From positions 7,008,001-7,072,000 of the forward strand of contig CM075998.1 in the NCBI GenBank assembly GCA_038087875.1: a DNA stretch of 64,000 nucleotides, in the 5' to 3' direction. The notes under the pieces are model-generated. The model was given only the letters and a program-made list of their open reading frames with translations, searched no databases and was not told where the DNA came from. Position numbers and translations under genes: made by a program. Origin of the DNA: Malacoraja senta (lineage: Eukaryota). Of this stretch, positions 36,983 to 47,154 are shown one piece after another. Numbering within the stretch: the first letter of the stretch is position 1; each line of letters begins with the position of its first letter.

Positions 36983-39131
36983 AGGGGGGGTTGCACGTAA
37001 GGTCACCGGGTCAAAGGGCTTGATGCATGGAGCCACTCAATCCATCTGGAGGACATCGATTTCCGGTATAGGGGGGTAGCACGTAAGGTGACTGGGTCAT
37101 AGGGCTTGACGCACAGAGCCGCTCAATCCATCTGGAGGACATACGTAACTTCCGGTATATGTTATTAATGCAAGAAACGCGTACTTTCCTACCTGTTAAA
37201 AACCGCCAAAATGTTGAATTTTTTCGCTGTAAAAAATTGTGGAAGTCGTGGTAAGTGTGAGAGACGTACCCAACTTCAGAATTCCAAAAGTGAAGCGAAA
37301 TGAAGGTAAAGAGAAGCGACATCTGAAGGGACAACAACAGCTAAAGTGCTTGGCGAACATTGGCCGTGCAGATATCGGAATTGAAAATATTGGGATTTAT
37401 TGCGTTTGCTCACTGCATTTCATTAACGGTAAGGCATTATTTGTTTTTTTTCTTGATTCCTTTGGTATCTAAAAAGTCTCAGAAGTGATAAATCTGGTTG
37501 TAAATTTTGCTTTAGAGGCGTTTTATTTTTGTATGTAAAAACCCACTTGAGAACCATGGGAGATTAAAAAATTTTACAGCCAGATTTATCCCTTCTGAAA
37601 CTTTTTAGATGCCAAAGGAATGAAGAAAAAACACAAATAATGCTTTAGTTGATGAAATGCAGTGAGCAAACGGCCAATGTTCGCCAAGCAGTCTGGCTGT
37701 TGTTATCCCTTCAGCTCTCGCTTCAATCTACCGTCATTTCTCCTCACTTTTTGAATTCTGAAGTAGGCTAAATGTCTCTCACGCTTATCCCGATTTCCAT
37801 CATTATTTACAGCGCAAAAATTGACCATTTCGGCGGGTTTTAACGGGCCCGCTACGCTGGAAACAATGGTAAGTGCTTACCTGCAGTTCATCGCGTGTAA
37901 TCCATTTGGCGTAGCGTAGCAACAGTACGGGTCATGGGTCGTGACCCGACTGCCGTGAAACCTCCCTATACGAAACACGTACTTTCCTACCTGTTAAAAA
38001 CCGCCAAAATGGTGAATTTTTGCGCTATAAATAATTGTGGAAGTCGGGGTAACCGTGAGAGACATCTATCCTACTTCAGAATTCCAAAAGTGAAAAGAAA
38101 TGAAGGTAAAGAGAAGCGAGAGCTGAAAGGACAACAACAGCTAAAGTGCTTGCAGAACATTGGTGTGCAGATATTGAGATTGAAAATATTGGGAATCATC
38201 GCGTTTGCTCACTGCATTTCATCAACAGTAAGGCATTATTTGTGTTTTTCCTTGATTCCCTTGGTATCTAAAAAGTTTCAGAAGTGATAAAGCTGGCTGT
38301 AAAATTTTAAAATCACCCATGGTTCTGAAGTGGGTTTTTACATGCAAAACAAAAACGCTTCTGAAGCTAAATTTATCATTAAAAAAATCTCCAGACTTAC
38401 GAGTGGTGTGTGGAAAAGTAAGTTTTCTATCATTATGCTATTGAGATGTATATTTTGGCAAATAATAAAATGTCCTGACAGCTTAAACACCCACTCCCTT
38501 TCAATAAGATATTGTCAATTTGCTGAGGTTGATTATGTCCAATTAACAGCTAACAATTATGCCATTCCTTGGCTTGCATCTGAGTAAAATGTAATTCAAA
38601 ACCCATGTATGTTTTGCGATTTTTTTAATAATAAATTTTGCTTCAGAGGCGTTTTCTTTTTGTATGTAAAAACCCACTTGAGAACCATGGGCGATTTTAA
38701 AATTTTACAGCCAGATTTATCACTTCTGAAACTTTTTAGATGCCAAAGGAATCAAGAAAAAACACAAATAATGCCTTACTGTTGATGAAATGCAGTGAGC
38801 AAACGTGATAATTCCCAATATTTTCAATCTCGATATCTGCACGGCCAATGTTCGCCAAACACTTTGACTGTTGTTGTCCCTTCAGCTCTCGCTTCTATCT
38901 ACCATCATTTCTCCTCACTTTTGGAATTCTGAAGTAGGATAAATGTCTCTCACGCTTATCCCGATTTCCATAATTATTTACAGCACAAAAATTGATCATT
39001 TCGGCGGGTTTTAACGCCACGCTGGAAACAATGGTCAGTGCTTACCTGCAGTTCATCGCGTGTACTCCAGTTGGCGTAGCGTCGCAACAGTACGGGTCAC
39101 AGGTCGGGACCCGACTGCCGTGCAACCTCCT
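36983..39131. mobile_element. Two tandem THAP-bearing fold-back non-autonomous DNA elements (possibly ISL2EU/Harbinger-related)
   Basis: Four decayed THAP zinc-finger exons (MVNFCAINNC...YFRIPK...VCSLHF) in +,-,+,- order. Termini AGGGGGGGTTGCACG / CGTGAAACCTCCCT, with AT flanking unit 1. Confidence 0.75.
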
Positions 39132-39689
39132 TTTGTCATTTCTATATTTATCTAATCATTTTTTATAGTCAAAATCGTCAAATTTGCGCAGCTCCGCTGC
39201 AAATACAGGGAGGGATGAGAGGTGAGGCAGTGACGAGCTGATCCTCCCCTCTGATTGCGCAACCCCTCAGAAACTGCATGGAGCGCGGGCAATAAGCGTG
39301 TGCCTGTTACTATCTCTATGTATGTCAGCAAAGTAATGTGAGTAAACCCCTTCATTACATGTCCTTACCTTCCATAGTCCAGGTAACATATTTCACATGT
39401 AAAGATATTAAATTTGTGCTCGCTGGTCTCTTCATAAAACTGCAATGAAAAAGCAGCAGGGGAGACAGCGATCACGTCTGCCTCACTGAGGTAGGCTCAC
39501 GTAATTGACGCTGCCTCGCTCTCCCTCCACGTTAGCTAGCTTCAGCAACAGTGGCGCAGACTGGTAGGTTGATTCGTTGATTTGTAGCAGCCAATTCGGA
39601 GGCTCTAGGCTGCTGAGAGCTCCCAATTGGGCCCCACGATGGAGTAATCTACTCTCGGCTCAGGACCCCGGCATCCACTCCTGTCGCCG

Positions 39690-39890
39690 GCCCTCTCCCT
39701 CCCTTATCTCCTCTTCCCTCCCTCCCTTCCCTCCTTCCCTCCCTCCTTCCTCTCTCTCTTTTCCCTTCTCTCCTTCCCTCCCTCCCTTCTCTCGTTTCCT
39801 CCCGGACATATCACACACAGACAACTAACACACACACTTCACACACAGACAACTAACACACACACAACTAACACACACACACACAACTAA
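39690..39890. repeat. CT-rich low-complexity tract followed by (CA)n/ACAACTA repeats
   Basis: Seen directly in the sequence. Confidence 0.9.
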
Positions 39891-40139
39891 GTTAGGATGG
39901 GGTAGAAGCCAGTGCCTCCCCAGCCATTGACCTCAACGTCACTGTATCAGCGGGTCAGGTGACACATCTGTGAAGAGAGGACAGATTATGTTTCAGATCA
40001 GGAAGAAGGTCATTTCAGCAATTCCCCAAATAAGCAGAACGGTAAGAACATTTATGTAGGAAGCAACTACAGATGCTGGTTTACACCGAAGTTAGACACA
40101 AAAAGCTAGAGTAACTCAGCCGTCGAGAATGTTTAACTC

Positions 40140-40460
40140 CAGTGACCTATGACCTGAGCATGCGCAGTTGAAATACCGAACTCACTCATGCACAAGGCGG
40201 GATTTCCCTGTCCAGTTTGGTGCGTGTCTTTGTTGTCGCCGGGCGGTGGCGGCTGTAGTTGGTGCAGCGGCCGCTGGGCGGCAGCGCAGAGCAGAGCCTC
40301 GTCCCGACCCTCGGGCCGCCTTCACTGCACTTCCTCTAACCTCTCCTCCCCTCTCAACTCAATCTCCGCTTTATTCACTGCACTTCCCGCGGTTTCACTC
40401 GAACCCGAAGAGGTAACCACGCCTTCACCGGGATGTACTTCACACAGTTTCATTTTGGGG
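40140..40460 (+). promoter_or_regulatory. Putative CpG-rich promoter / 5' region of the PYD-DD gene
   Basis: DR1 TGACCT-A-TGACCT 40143-40155; NRF1-like GCATGCGCA 40158-40166; NF-kB GGGATTTCCC 40199-40208; ISRE-like AGTTTCATTTTG 40446-40457; high local CpG density. Confidence 0.6.
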
Positions 40461-40513
40461 CAAATGGCTGAATTGAGTTGACCTGGCTGCGCCCAGAGTC
40501 TTTGAAAAGCTTC

Positions 40514-40796
40514 ATGGCATCAACGCGTTTTCTCCTCAAAGTCCTGGACGAACTGAGCGCGAACGACCTGAAACGATTCATCTTCTTACTTGAGACCGGC
40601 GTGGAGTGGGAAGCGATCCCCCACGGTCAGCTGGAGGGTAAAACATGCGAGGAGATGGCGTTGTTGCTGCAGAAACATTACGCACAGCAGGCGCTGGATG
40701 TCACCAGAAAGATCCTTCATGATGTGCCGAGGCGCGACCTGCTGGACAAGATGTTCGCAGGCGGGGAGGAGGACGGGGCCAGAGGAAGTTCGCAGG
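40514..40796 (+). CDS. PYD-death-domain protein, exon 1: pyrin (PYD) domain
   Basis: ttcATGG start. MASTRFLLKVLDELSANDLKRFIFLL...IPHGQLEGKTCEEMALLLQKHYAQQALDVTRKILHDVPRRDLLDKM fits the PYD consensus (LEDL..ELKKFK..L, IP.GQLE, L...Y, A..VT..IL..I.RRDL). Donor cag g|gtaagt, phase 1. Confidence 0.88.
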
Positions 40797-42042
40797 GTAA
40801 GTGTTTCACCATGGAGCTCAGGCTTGAATGAGAGAATTGGTCAGGATCTACCTTCGGACGAGCAAGTTGTAAACAAAAAGAAAATACTTATTGAGACTCG
40901 TCACTTTAATTTCATGTATTTTGTGTTTTATGACTGTTGGCATATCAATCTCCCTCATGGGATAAATAAAGTTCTATCGTATCATGGACCCACAACAAAC
41001 GCTCACCTCCCCTTACGATTATGTGTCCCACTTTCTCCCATTCATTTCACATTGGCACTGGTGAGCAAAACAACGTCTGAAGAAGGGTCTGCGCCAGAAA
41101 CGTCACCTATTCCTTTTCTCCAGAGATGCTGCCTGACCAGCTTTTTGTGCCTTTCTTAGGTTGAAAACAACATCCTTGCTCTCTCACTCCTGAATGATTA
41201 GTTAAAAACTGTTTCTGCTCTTGGTTCAGGAAGTCCATCTTTCAAGAAGATAGGGAGATGAGAGAGGCCACTGTCCCCTCATCATGTGCCACTATCCAGA
41301 AAGATGATGGCTGACCATATGAGCCAGTCTTGTACCCAGCAGTCTTCACTCCTGTCTCCAGACGATTAGAAATTTCTAAATTTCAAACAGATCTCACGTT
41401 TCTCATTATGATATGGAAAGAGGTATTCAGCTCATCCAGTCTAATGCCGACTATTCCATCAGTCCCATTCCCTCACTTAACTCCCTGTAACTGGTCTTTG
41501 CAATGTGGGAGGAACCACATGCGGTCACAGGGGGAGCATACCAACTCCACGGAGATTCCACGTGTCTCTGGAGCTGTGAGGTAGGAGCACCATTCAATGC
41601 ACCAGTGTACTCTCATTCTTTTGAACCCTAATGAATACAAACCTAGTCAACTCAATGGCTCCTCATACAGTAGTCCCACCAACCCATCTCAGGAACCTTC
41701 ACTGCACTCCCTCTTAGGTAGAGACCAAAACTACTCCAGTTATGGTCTCATTACAGACCTGTATAATTGTAGTAAGACAACCGTCCTGTATTTGAAACCA
41801 CATGCAATGCAGGCCAACACATCCAATCTTTCCATCTCGGATCATTTGCAGTTGTTTTTTGGGTCTCACATGCCAGTTGCATGTTTCATTAACACTTTGA
41901 TGCAAGTGGTTCAAAATGGTTATATTTAAGTTATCATTTTAGAACATGTTGGTACCTGACGTATGGTTCTGGAAATTCCCAAGCTGGAACCCTGGATTTG
42001 ATTTGTTCGCAAGTTCTCATAACTTGTTTCTTTACTTAACAG

Positions 42043-42132
42043 AGAGAAAAAGGGCGAGTCCTCAAGGCCAGGAATGTGCTGGAACTGTGTGTGATCAGTT
42101 GGAGAGTGAGAAGGCCACTCCAAAGAAAAGCA
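42043..42132 (+). CDS. PYD-death-domain protein, exon 2: 90-nt linker
   Basis: tttctttacttaacag| (E)RKRASPQGQECAGTVCDQLESEKATPKKS |gtatgt; phase 1-1, stop-free, keeps the frame between exons 1 and 3. Confidence 0.72.
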
Positions 42133-42295
42133 GTATGTTGTCATATTTACATATTCCTTTAAAGTATTCAAGGAATTTTTCAAGATATTGAAATTAGAGA
42201 GGGAACAATGACATTATTGGAATGATGTACTATCAAAAAACCTCTCCGCTATTATCTCCATCTTAACGTCTTCCTGCATGGAACAATGCATTTCA

Positions 42296-45200
42296 CAACA
42301 TAGAAACATAGAAATTAGGTGCAGGAGTAGGCCCTTCGAGCCTGCACCGCCATTCAATATGATCATGGCTGATCATCCAACTCAGTATCCCGTACCTGCC
42401 TTCTCTCCATACCCTCTGATCCCTTTAGCCACAAGGGCCACATCTAACTCCCTCTTAAATATAGCCAATGAACTGGCCTCAACTACCCTCTGTGGCAGAG
42501 AGTTCCAGAGATTCACCACTCTCTGTGTGAAAAAAGTTCTTCTCATCTCGGTTTTAAAGGATTTCCCCCTTATCCTTAAGCTGTGACCCCTTGTCCTGGA
42601 CATCCCCAACATCGGGAGCAATCTTCCTGCATCTAGCCTGTCCAACCCCTTAAGAATTTTGTAAGTTTCTATAAGATCCCCTCTCAATCTCCTAAATTCT
42701 AGAGCGTATAAACCAAGACTATCCAGTCTTTCTTCATAAGACAGTCCTGACATCCCAGGAATCAGTCTGGTGAACCTTCTCTGCACTCCCTCTATGGCAA
42801 TAATGTCCTTCCTCAGATTTGGAGACCAAAACTGTACGCAATACTCCAGGTGTGGTCTCACCAAGACCCTGTACAACTGCAGTAGAACCTCCCTGCTCCT
42901 ATACTCAAATCCTTTTGCTATGAAAGCTAACATACCATTCGCTTTCTTCACTGCTTGCTGCACCTGCATGCCTACTTTCAATGACTGGTGTACCATGACA
43001 CCCAGGTCTCGCTGCATCTCCCCTTTTCCTAGTCGGCCACCATTTAGATAATAGTCTGCTTTCCTGTTTTTGCCACCAAAATGGATAACCTCACATTTAT
43101 CCACATTATACTGCATCTGCCAAACATTTGCCCACTCACCCAGCCTATCCAAGTCACCTTGCAGTCTCCTAGCATCCTCCTCACAGCTAACACTGCCCCC
43201 CAGCTTAGTGTCATCCGCAAACTTGGAGATATTGCCTTCAATTCCCTCATCCAGTTCATTAATATATATTGTAAATAGCTGGGGTCCCAGCACTGAGCCT
43301 TGTGGTACCCCACTAGTCACTGCCTGCCATTGTGAAAAGGACCCGTTTACTCCTACTCTTTGCTTCCTGTTTGCCAGCCAGTTCTCTATCCACATCAATA
43401 CTGAACCCCCAATGCCATGTGCTTTAAGTTTGTATACTAATCTCTTATGTGGTACCTTGTCGAAAGCCTTCTGAAAGTCCAGATACAACACATCCACTGG
43501 TTCTCCCCTATCCACGCTACTAGTTACATCCTCGAAAAATTCTATAAGATTCGTCAGACATGATTTACCTTTCGTAAATCCATGCTGACTTTGTCCAATG
43601 ATTTCACCACTTTCCAAATGTGCTGCTATCCCATCTTTAATAACTGACTCTAGCAGTTTCCCCACTACCGATGTTAGACTAACTGGTCTGTAATTCCCCA
43701 TTTTCTCTCTCCCTCCCTTCTTAAAAAGTGTGGTTACGTTTGCTACCCTCCAATCCTCAGGAACTACTCCAGAATCTAAAGAGTTTTGAAAAATTATCAC
43801 TAATGCATCCACTATTTCTGGAGCTACTTCCTTAAGTACTCTGGGATGCAGCCTATCTGGCCCTGGGGATTTATCGGCCTTTAATCCATTCAATTTACCC
43901 AACACCACTTCCCGACTAACCTGGATTTCACCCAATTCCTCCAACTCCTTTGACCCGCGGTCCCCTGCTATTTCCGGCAGATTATTTATGTCTTCCTTAG
44001 TGAAGACGGAACCAAAGTAGTTATTCAATTGGTCTGCCATATCCTTGTTCCCCATGATCAACTCACCTGTTTCTGACTGCAAGGGACCTACATTTGTTTC
44101 AACTAATCTCTTTCTTTTCACATATCTATAAAAACTTTTGCAGTCAGTTTTTATGTTCCCTGCCAGTTTTCTTTCATAATCTATTTTTCCTTTCCTAATT
44201 AAGCCCTTTGTCCTCCTCTGCTGGTCTCTGAATTTCTCCCAGTCCTCCGGTATGCTGCTTTTTCTGGCTAATTTGTACGCATCATCCTTCGCTTTGATAC
44301 CATCCCTGATTTCCCTTGTTATCCACGGATGCACTACCTTCCCTGATTTATTCTTTTGCCAAACTGGGATGAACAATTTTTGTAGTTCATCCACGCAGTC
44401 TTTAAATGTCTTCCATTGCATATCCACCGTCAACCCTTTTAGAATTAATTGCCAGTCAATCCTGGCCAATTCACGTCTCATACCCTCAAAGTTACCTTTC
44501 TTTAAGTTCAGAACCATTGTTTCTGAATTAACAATGTCACTCTCCATCCTAATGAAGAACTCAACCATATTATGGTCACTCTTGCCCAAGGGGGCACGTA
44601 CAACAAGACTGCTAACTAACCCTTCCTCATTACTCAATACCCAGTCTAAAATAGCCTGCTCTCTCGTTGGTTCCTCTACATGTTGATTTAGATAACTATC
44701 CCGCATACATTCCAAGAAATCCTCTTCCTCAGCACCCCTGCCAATTTGATTCACCCAATCTATATGTAGATTGAAGTCACCCATTATAACTGTTTTGCCT
44801 TTGTCGCACGCATTTCTAATTTCCTGTTTGATACCATCTCCAACTTCACTACTACTGTTAGGTGGCCTGTACACAACACCCACCAGCGTTTTCTGCCCCT
44901 TAGTGTTTCGCAGCTCTACCCATACCGATTCCACATCCTCCAAGCTAATGTCCTTCCTTTCCATTGCGTTAATCTCCTCTCTAATCAGCAACGCTACCCC
45001 ACCTCCTTTTCCTTTCTGTCTATCCCTCCTGAATATTGAATATCCCTGGATGTTCAGCTCCCAGCCTTGGTCACCCTGGAGCCATGTCTCCGTGATCCCA
45101 ACTATATCATAATCATTAATAGCTATCTGCACATTCAACTCATCCACCTTATTACGAATGCTCCTTGCATTGAGACACAAAGCCTTCAGGCTTGTTTTTA

Positions 45201-45397
45201 CAACACTCTTACCCCTTATACAATTATGTTGAGAAGTGGCCCTTTTTGATTTTTGCCCTGGTTTTGTCTGCCTGCCACTTTTACTTTTCACCTTGCTACC
45301 TATTGCTTCTACCCTCATTTTACACCCCTCTGTCTCTACGCTCACACATTTAGGAAACCCTTTCCCTTTAACTCCATCCTCCACTATCCCATTCGAC
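42296..45397 (-). mobile_element. CR1 LINE (subfamily B) with uninterrupted ORF2, in intron 2 of the PYD-DD gene
   Basis: Single ORF 42382-45483 with APE (LNARSIRNK, GITETWL, GDFN, SDH) and RT ([18 protein letters not shown]) domains; (CATAGAAA)n tail. Confidence 0.97.
42382..45318 (-). CDS. CR1 ORF2 endonuclease/reverse transcriptase, apparently intact (about 978 aa from MRVEAIGS)
   Basis: No stop or frameshift in the ORF track across the EN and RT domains. The start codon is inferred. Confidence 0.85.
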   Translation of the reverse strand: MRVEAIGSKVKSKSGRQTKPGQKSKRATSQHNCIRGKSVVKTSLKALCLNARSIRNKVDELNVQIAINDYDIVGITETWLQGDQGWELNIQGYSIFRRDRQKGKGGGVALLIREEINAMERKDISLEDVESVWVELRNTKGQKTLVGVVYRPPNSSSEVGDGIKQEIRNACDKGKTVIMGDFNLHIDWVNQIGRGAEEEDFLECMRDSYLNQHVEEPTREQAILDWVLSNEEGLVSSLVVRAPLGKSDHNMVEFFIRMESDIVNSETMVLNLKKGNFEGMRRELARIDWQLILKGLTVDMQWKTFKDCVDELQKLFIPVWQKNKSGKVVHPWITREIRDGIKAKDDAYKLARKSSIPEDWEKFRDQQRRTKGLIRKGKIDYERKLAGNIKTDCKSFYRYVKRKRLVETNVGPLQSETGELIMGNKDMADQLNNYFGSVFTKEDINNLPEIAGDRGSKELEELGEIQVSREVVLGKLNGLKADKSPGPDRLHPRVLKEVAPEIVDALVIIFQNSLDSGVVPEDWRVANVTTLFKKGGREKMGNYRPVSLTSVVGKLLESVIKDGIAAHLESGEIIGQSQHGFTKGKSCLTNLIEFFEDVTSSVDRGEPVDVLYLDFQKAFDKVPHKRLVYKLKAHGIGGSVLMWIENWLANRKQRVGVNGSFSQWQAVTSGVPQGSVLGPQLFTIYINELDEGIEGNISKFADDTKLGGSVSCEEDARRLQGDLDRLGEWANVWQMQYNVDKCEVIHFGGKNRKADYYLNGGRLGKGEMQRDLGVMVHQSLKVGMQVQQAVKKANGMLAFIAKGFEYRSREVLLQLYRVLVRPHLEYCVQFWSPNLRKDIIAIEGVQRRFTRLIPGMSGLSYEERLDSLGLYALEFRRLRGDLIETYKILKGLDRLDAGRLLPMLGMSRTRGHSLRIRGKSFKTEMRRTFFTQRVVNLWNSLPQRVVEASSLAIFKRELDVALVAKGIRGYGEKAGTGY

Positions 45398-45564
45398 AAC
45401 GCATCTATTGCATGAAGGGTCCTGGGGTTAATTGAATTCTCCCTTCCTGCACACCCTGATACAGTGGGATGTGCACCGGTCACTGTAAGTAATTATCAGC
45501 TAGGCCTCAGAACGTACCCCATTTCTCTGGGAGAAGGGCTGTGCTTGTGAGCTACAGTGAGAGT

Positions 45565-46212
45565 CATAGATACATAGATACATAGAAAATAGGTGCAGGA
45601 GTAGGCCATTCGAGCATGCACCGCCATTCAATATGATCATGGCTGATCATCCAACTCAGTATCCCGTACCTGCCTTCTCTCCATACCCCCTGATCCCTTT
45701 AGCCACAAGGGCCACATCTAACTCCCTCTTAAATATAGCCAATGAACTGGCTTCAACTACCCTCTGTGGCAGAGAGTTCCAGAGATTCACCACTCTCTGT
45801 GTGAAAAAGTTTTTCCTCATCTCGGTCTTAAAGGATTTCCCCTTTATCCTTAAGCTGTGACCCCTTGTCCTGGACTTCCCCAACATCGGGAACAATCTTC
45901 CTGCATCTAGCCTGTCCAACCCCATAAGAATTTTGTACGTTTCTATAAGATCCCCTCTCAATCTCCTAAATTCTAGCGAGTATAAGCCAAGTCTATCCAG
46001 TCTTTCTTCATATGAAAGTCCTGACATCCCAGGAATCAGTCTGGTGAACCTTCTCTGCACTCCCTCTATGGTTATAATGTCCTTCCTCAGATTTGGAGAC
46101 CAAAACTGTACGCAATACTCCAGGTGTGGTCTCACCAAGACCCTGTACAACTGCAGTAGAACTTCCCTGCTCCTATACTCAAATCCTCTTGCTATGAAGG
46201 CCAACATACCAT
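45565..46212 (-). mobile_element. CR1 subfamily B 3' fragment
   Basis: ORF 45656-46219 is nearly identical to the C-terminus of the adjacent ORF2. Confidence 0.95.
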
Positions 46213-46674
46213 TCAACATACCAGTCCTTTTGAAGGCAGCTTGCGCGCTCCTCAGGACACCATCACCAACTTGCCTTCACCCTGTGGGTGCCACAGAGGA
46301 TAAAGCCAGCACAGAGCTGCCCTGGCTGTCAGTGGTGATGTCTCTGTATGTGCAGTAATCTCATAAGGAGCCAACCTATAACCAACAGCTGGGAAACTAG
46401 ATAGCAAGTGGCTATCCTGATTAATATCCTGTTCCCTTGTTGAACCCCAACTCCAAACTCAGAATAAAGTACATATGATTATCAGCAGGGTGTTTTTTAG
46501 CTGTGGAGAGCAACACCACCAAACCCAATCATAACATCCATACTTGTGGATTTTCCACCAGGAGGGATGGATATCAGGCAGCTCTGTGGTGTATTTAAGT
46601 TTTGATTCCTCTGCTCAAGAGGGCATCAGAGAGGCCACGAGCCAAGTTTTAATTCAATACCTCATTCCTTACAG

Positions 46675-46961
46675 GAGAGATTGCAAAGACATTGACTGAC
46701 AAACAACTGATGGACTTGGCTTCACGGATGGGTCACAATTGGAAGCGAATTGGGATCCAGTTCCTGAAGCTGAAAGACTACGAAATCCAGCGGTGTGAAT
46801 TACAGTCATGTCCTGTCATGCAAATCTTTAGCATGTTGCAATTGTGGAGGGATCGGGAAAAGAAGGAGGCCACTGCTAAGCAACTGCACTCTATTCTTGC
46901 GAGCAGAGATTGTCCCATCAGTTCAGAATGCATTGATTGGCTTCATGAAGAAAAGGAGTGA
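46675..46961 (+). CDS. PYD-death-domain protein, exon 3: death domain (RAIDD/CRADD-like) and stop
   Basis: ctcattccttacag| phase 1, in frame with ORF 46692-46961: LTDKQLMDLASRMGHNWKRIGIQFLKLKDYEIQRCE...QIFSMLQLWRDREKKEATAKQLHSIL. Shows the DD hallmarks LA..LG..W, ML..W and AT...L...L. Confidence 0.88.
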
Positions 46962-47148
46962 TCAGAAACAGAAGACTCTGGTTTTGTTTTAAATTGGAAA
47001 TTGAGACTGTCAAAGATTATTATTATGATAAAGTCCATAAACACTGTGTTAAACTGTAGATATTTTAAAGTGACAAATTTTAAAGTGACTTTTGCAATCA
47101 TTCCTGTTCTCTCTTGATGGAAAAGTACTTTAAAGTCTAGAAAGTTTG

Positions 47149-47154
47149 AATAAA
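47149..47154 (+). terminator. Polyadenylation signal of the PYD-DD gene
   Basis: AATAAA about 190 nt after the TGA, in an AT-rich 3' UTR that precedes the next repeat block. Confidence 0.65.

Noticed and set aside
40514..40796. Calling exon 1 a DED, which would make the gene FADD-like, because of RRDLL
   Set aside because: IPHGQLE, KHY and ALDVTRKIL fit PYD better, and DED features (LKFLC, LF..LE....L) are absent. An HMM check is still needed.
41230..41320. Constitutive extra exon of the PYD-DD gene
   Set aside because: In-frame TGA after 10 codons and no clear donor; kept only as a possible alternative terminal exon.
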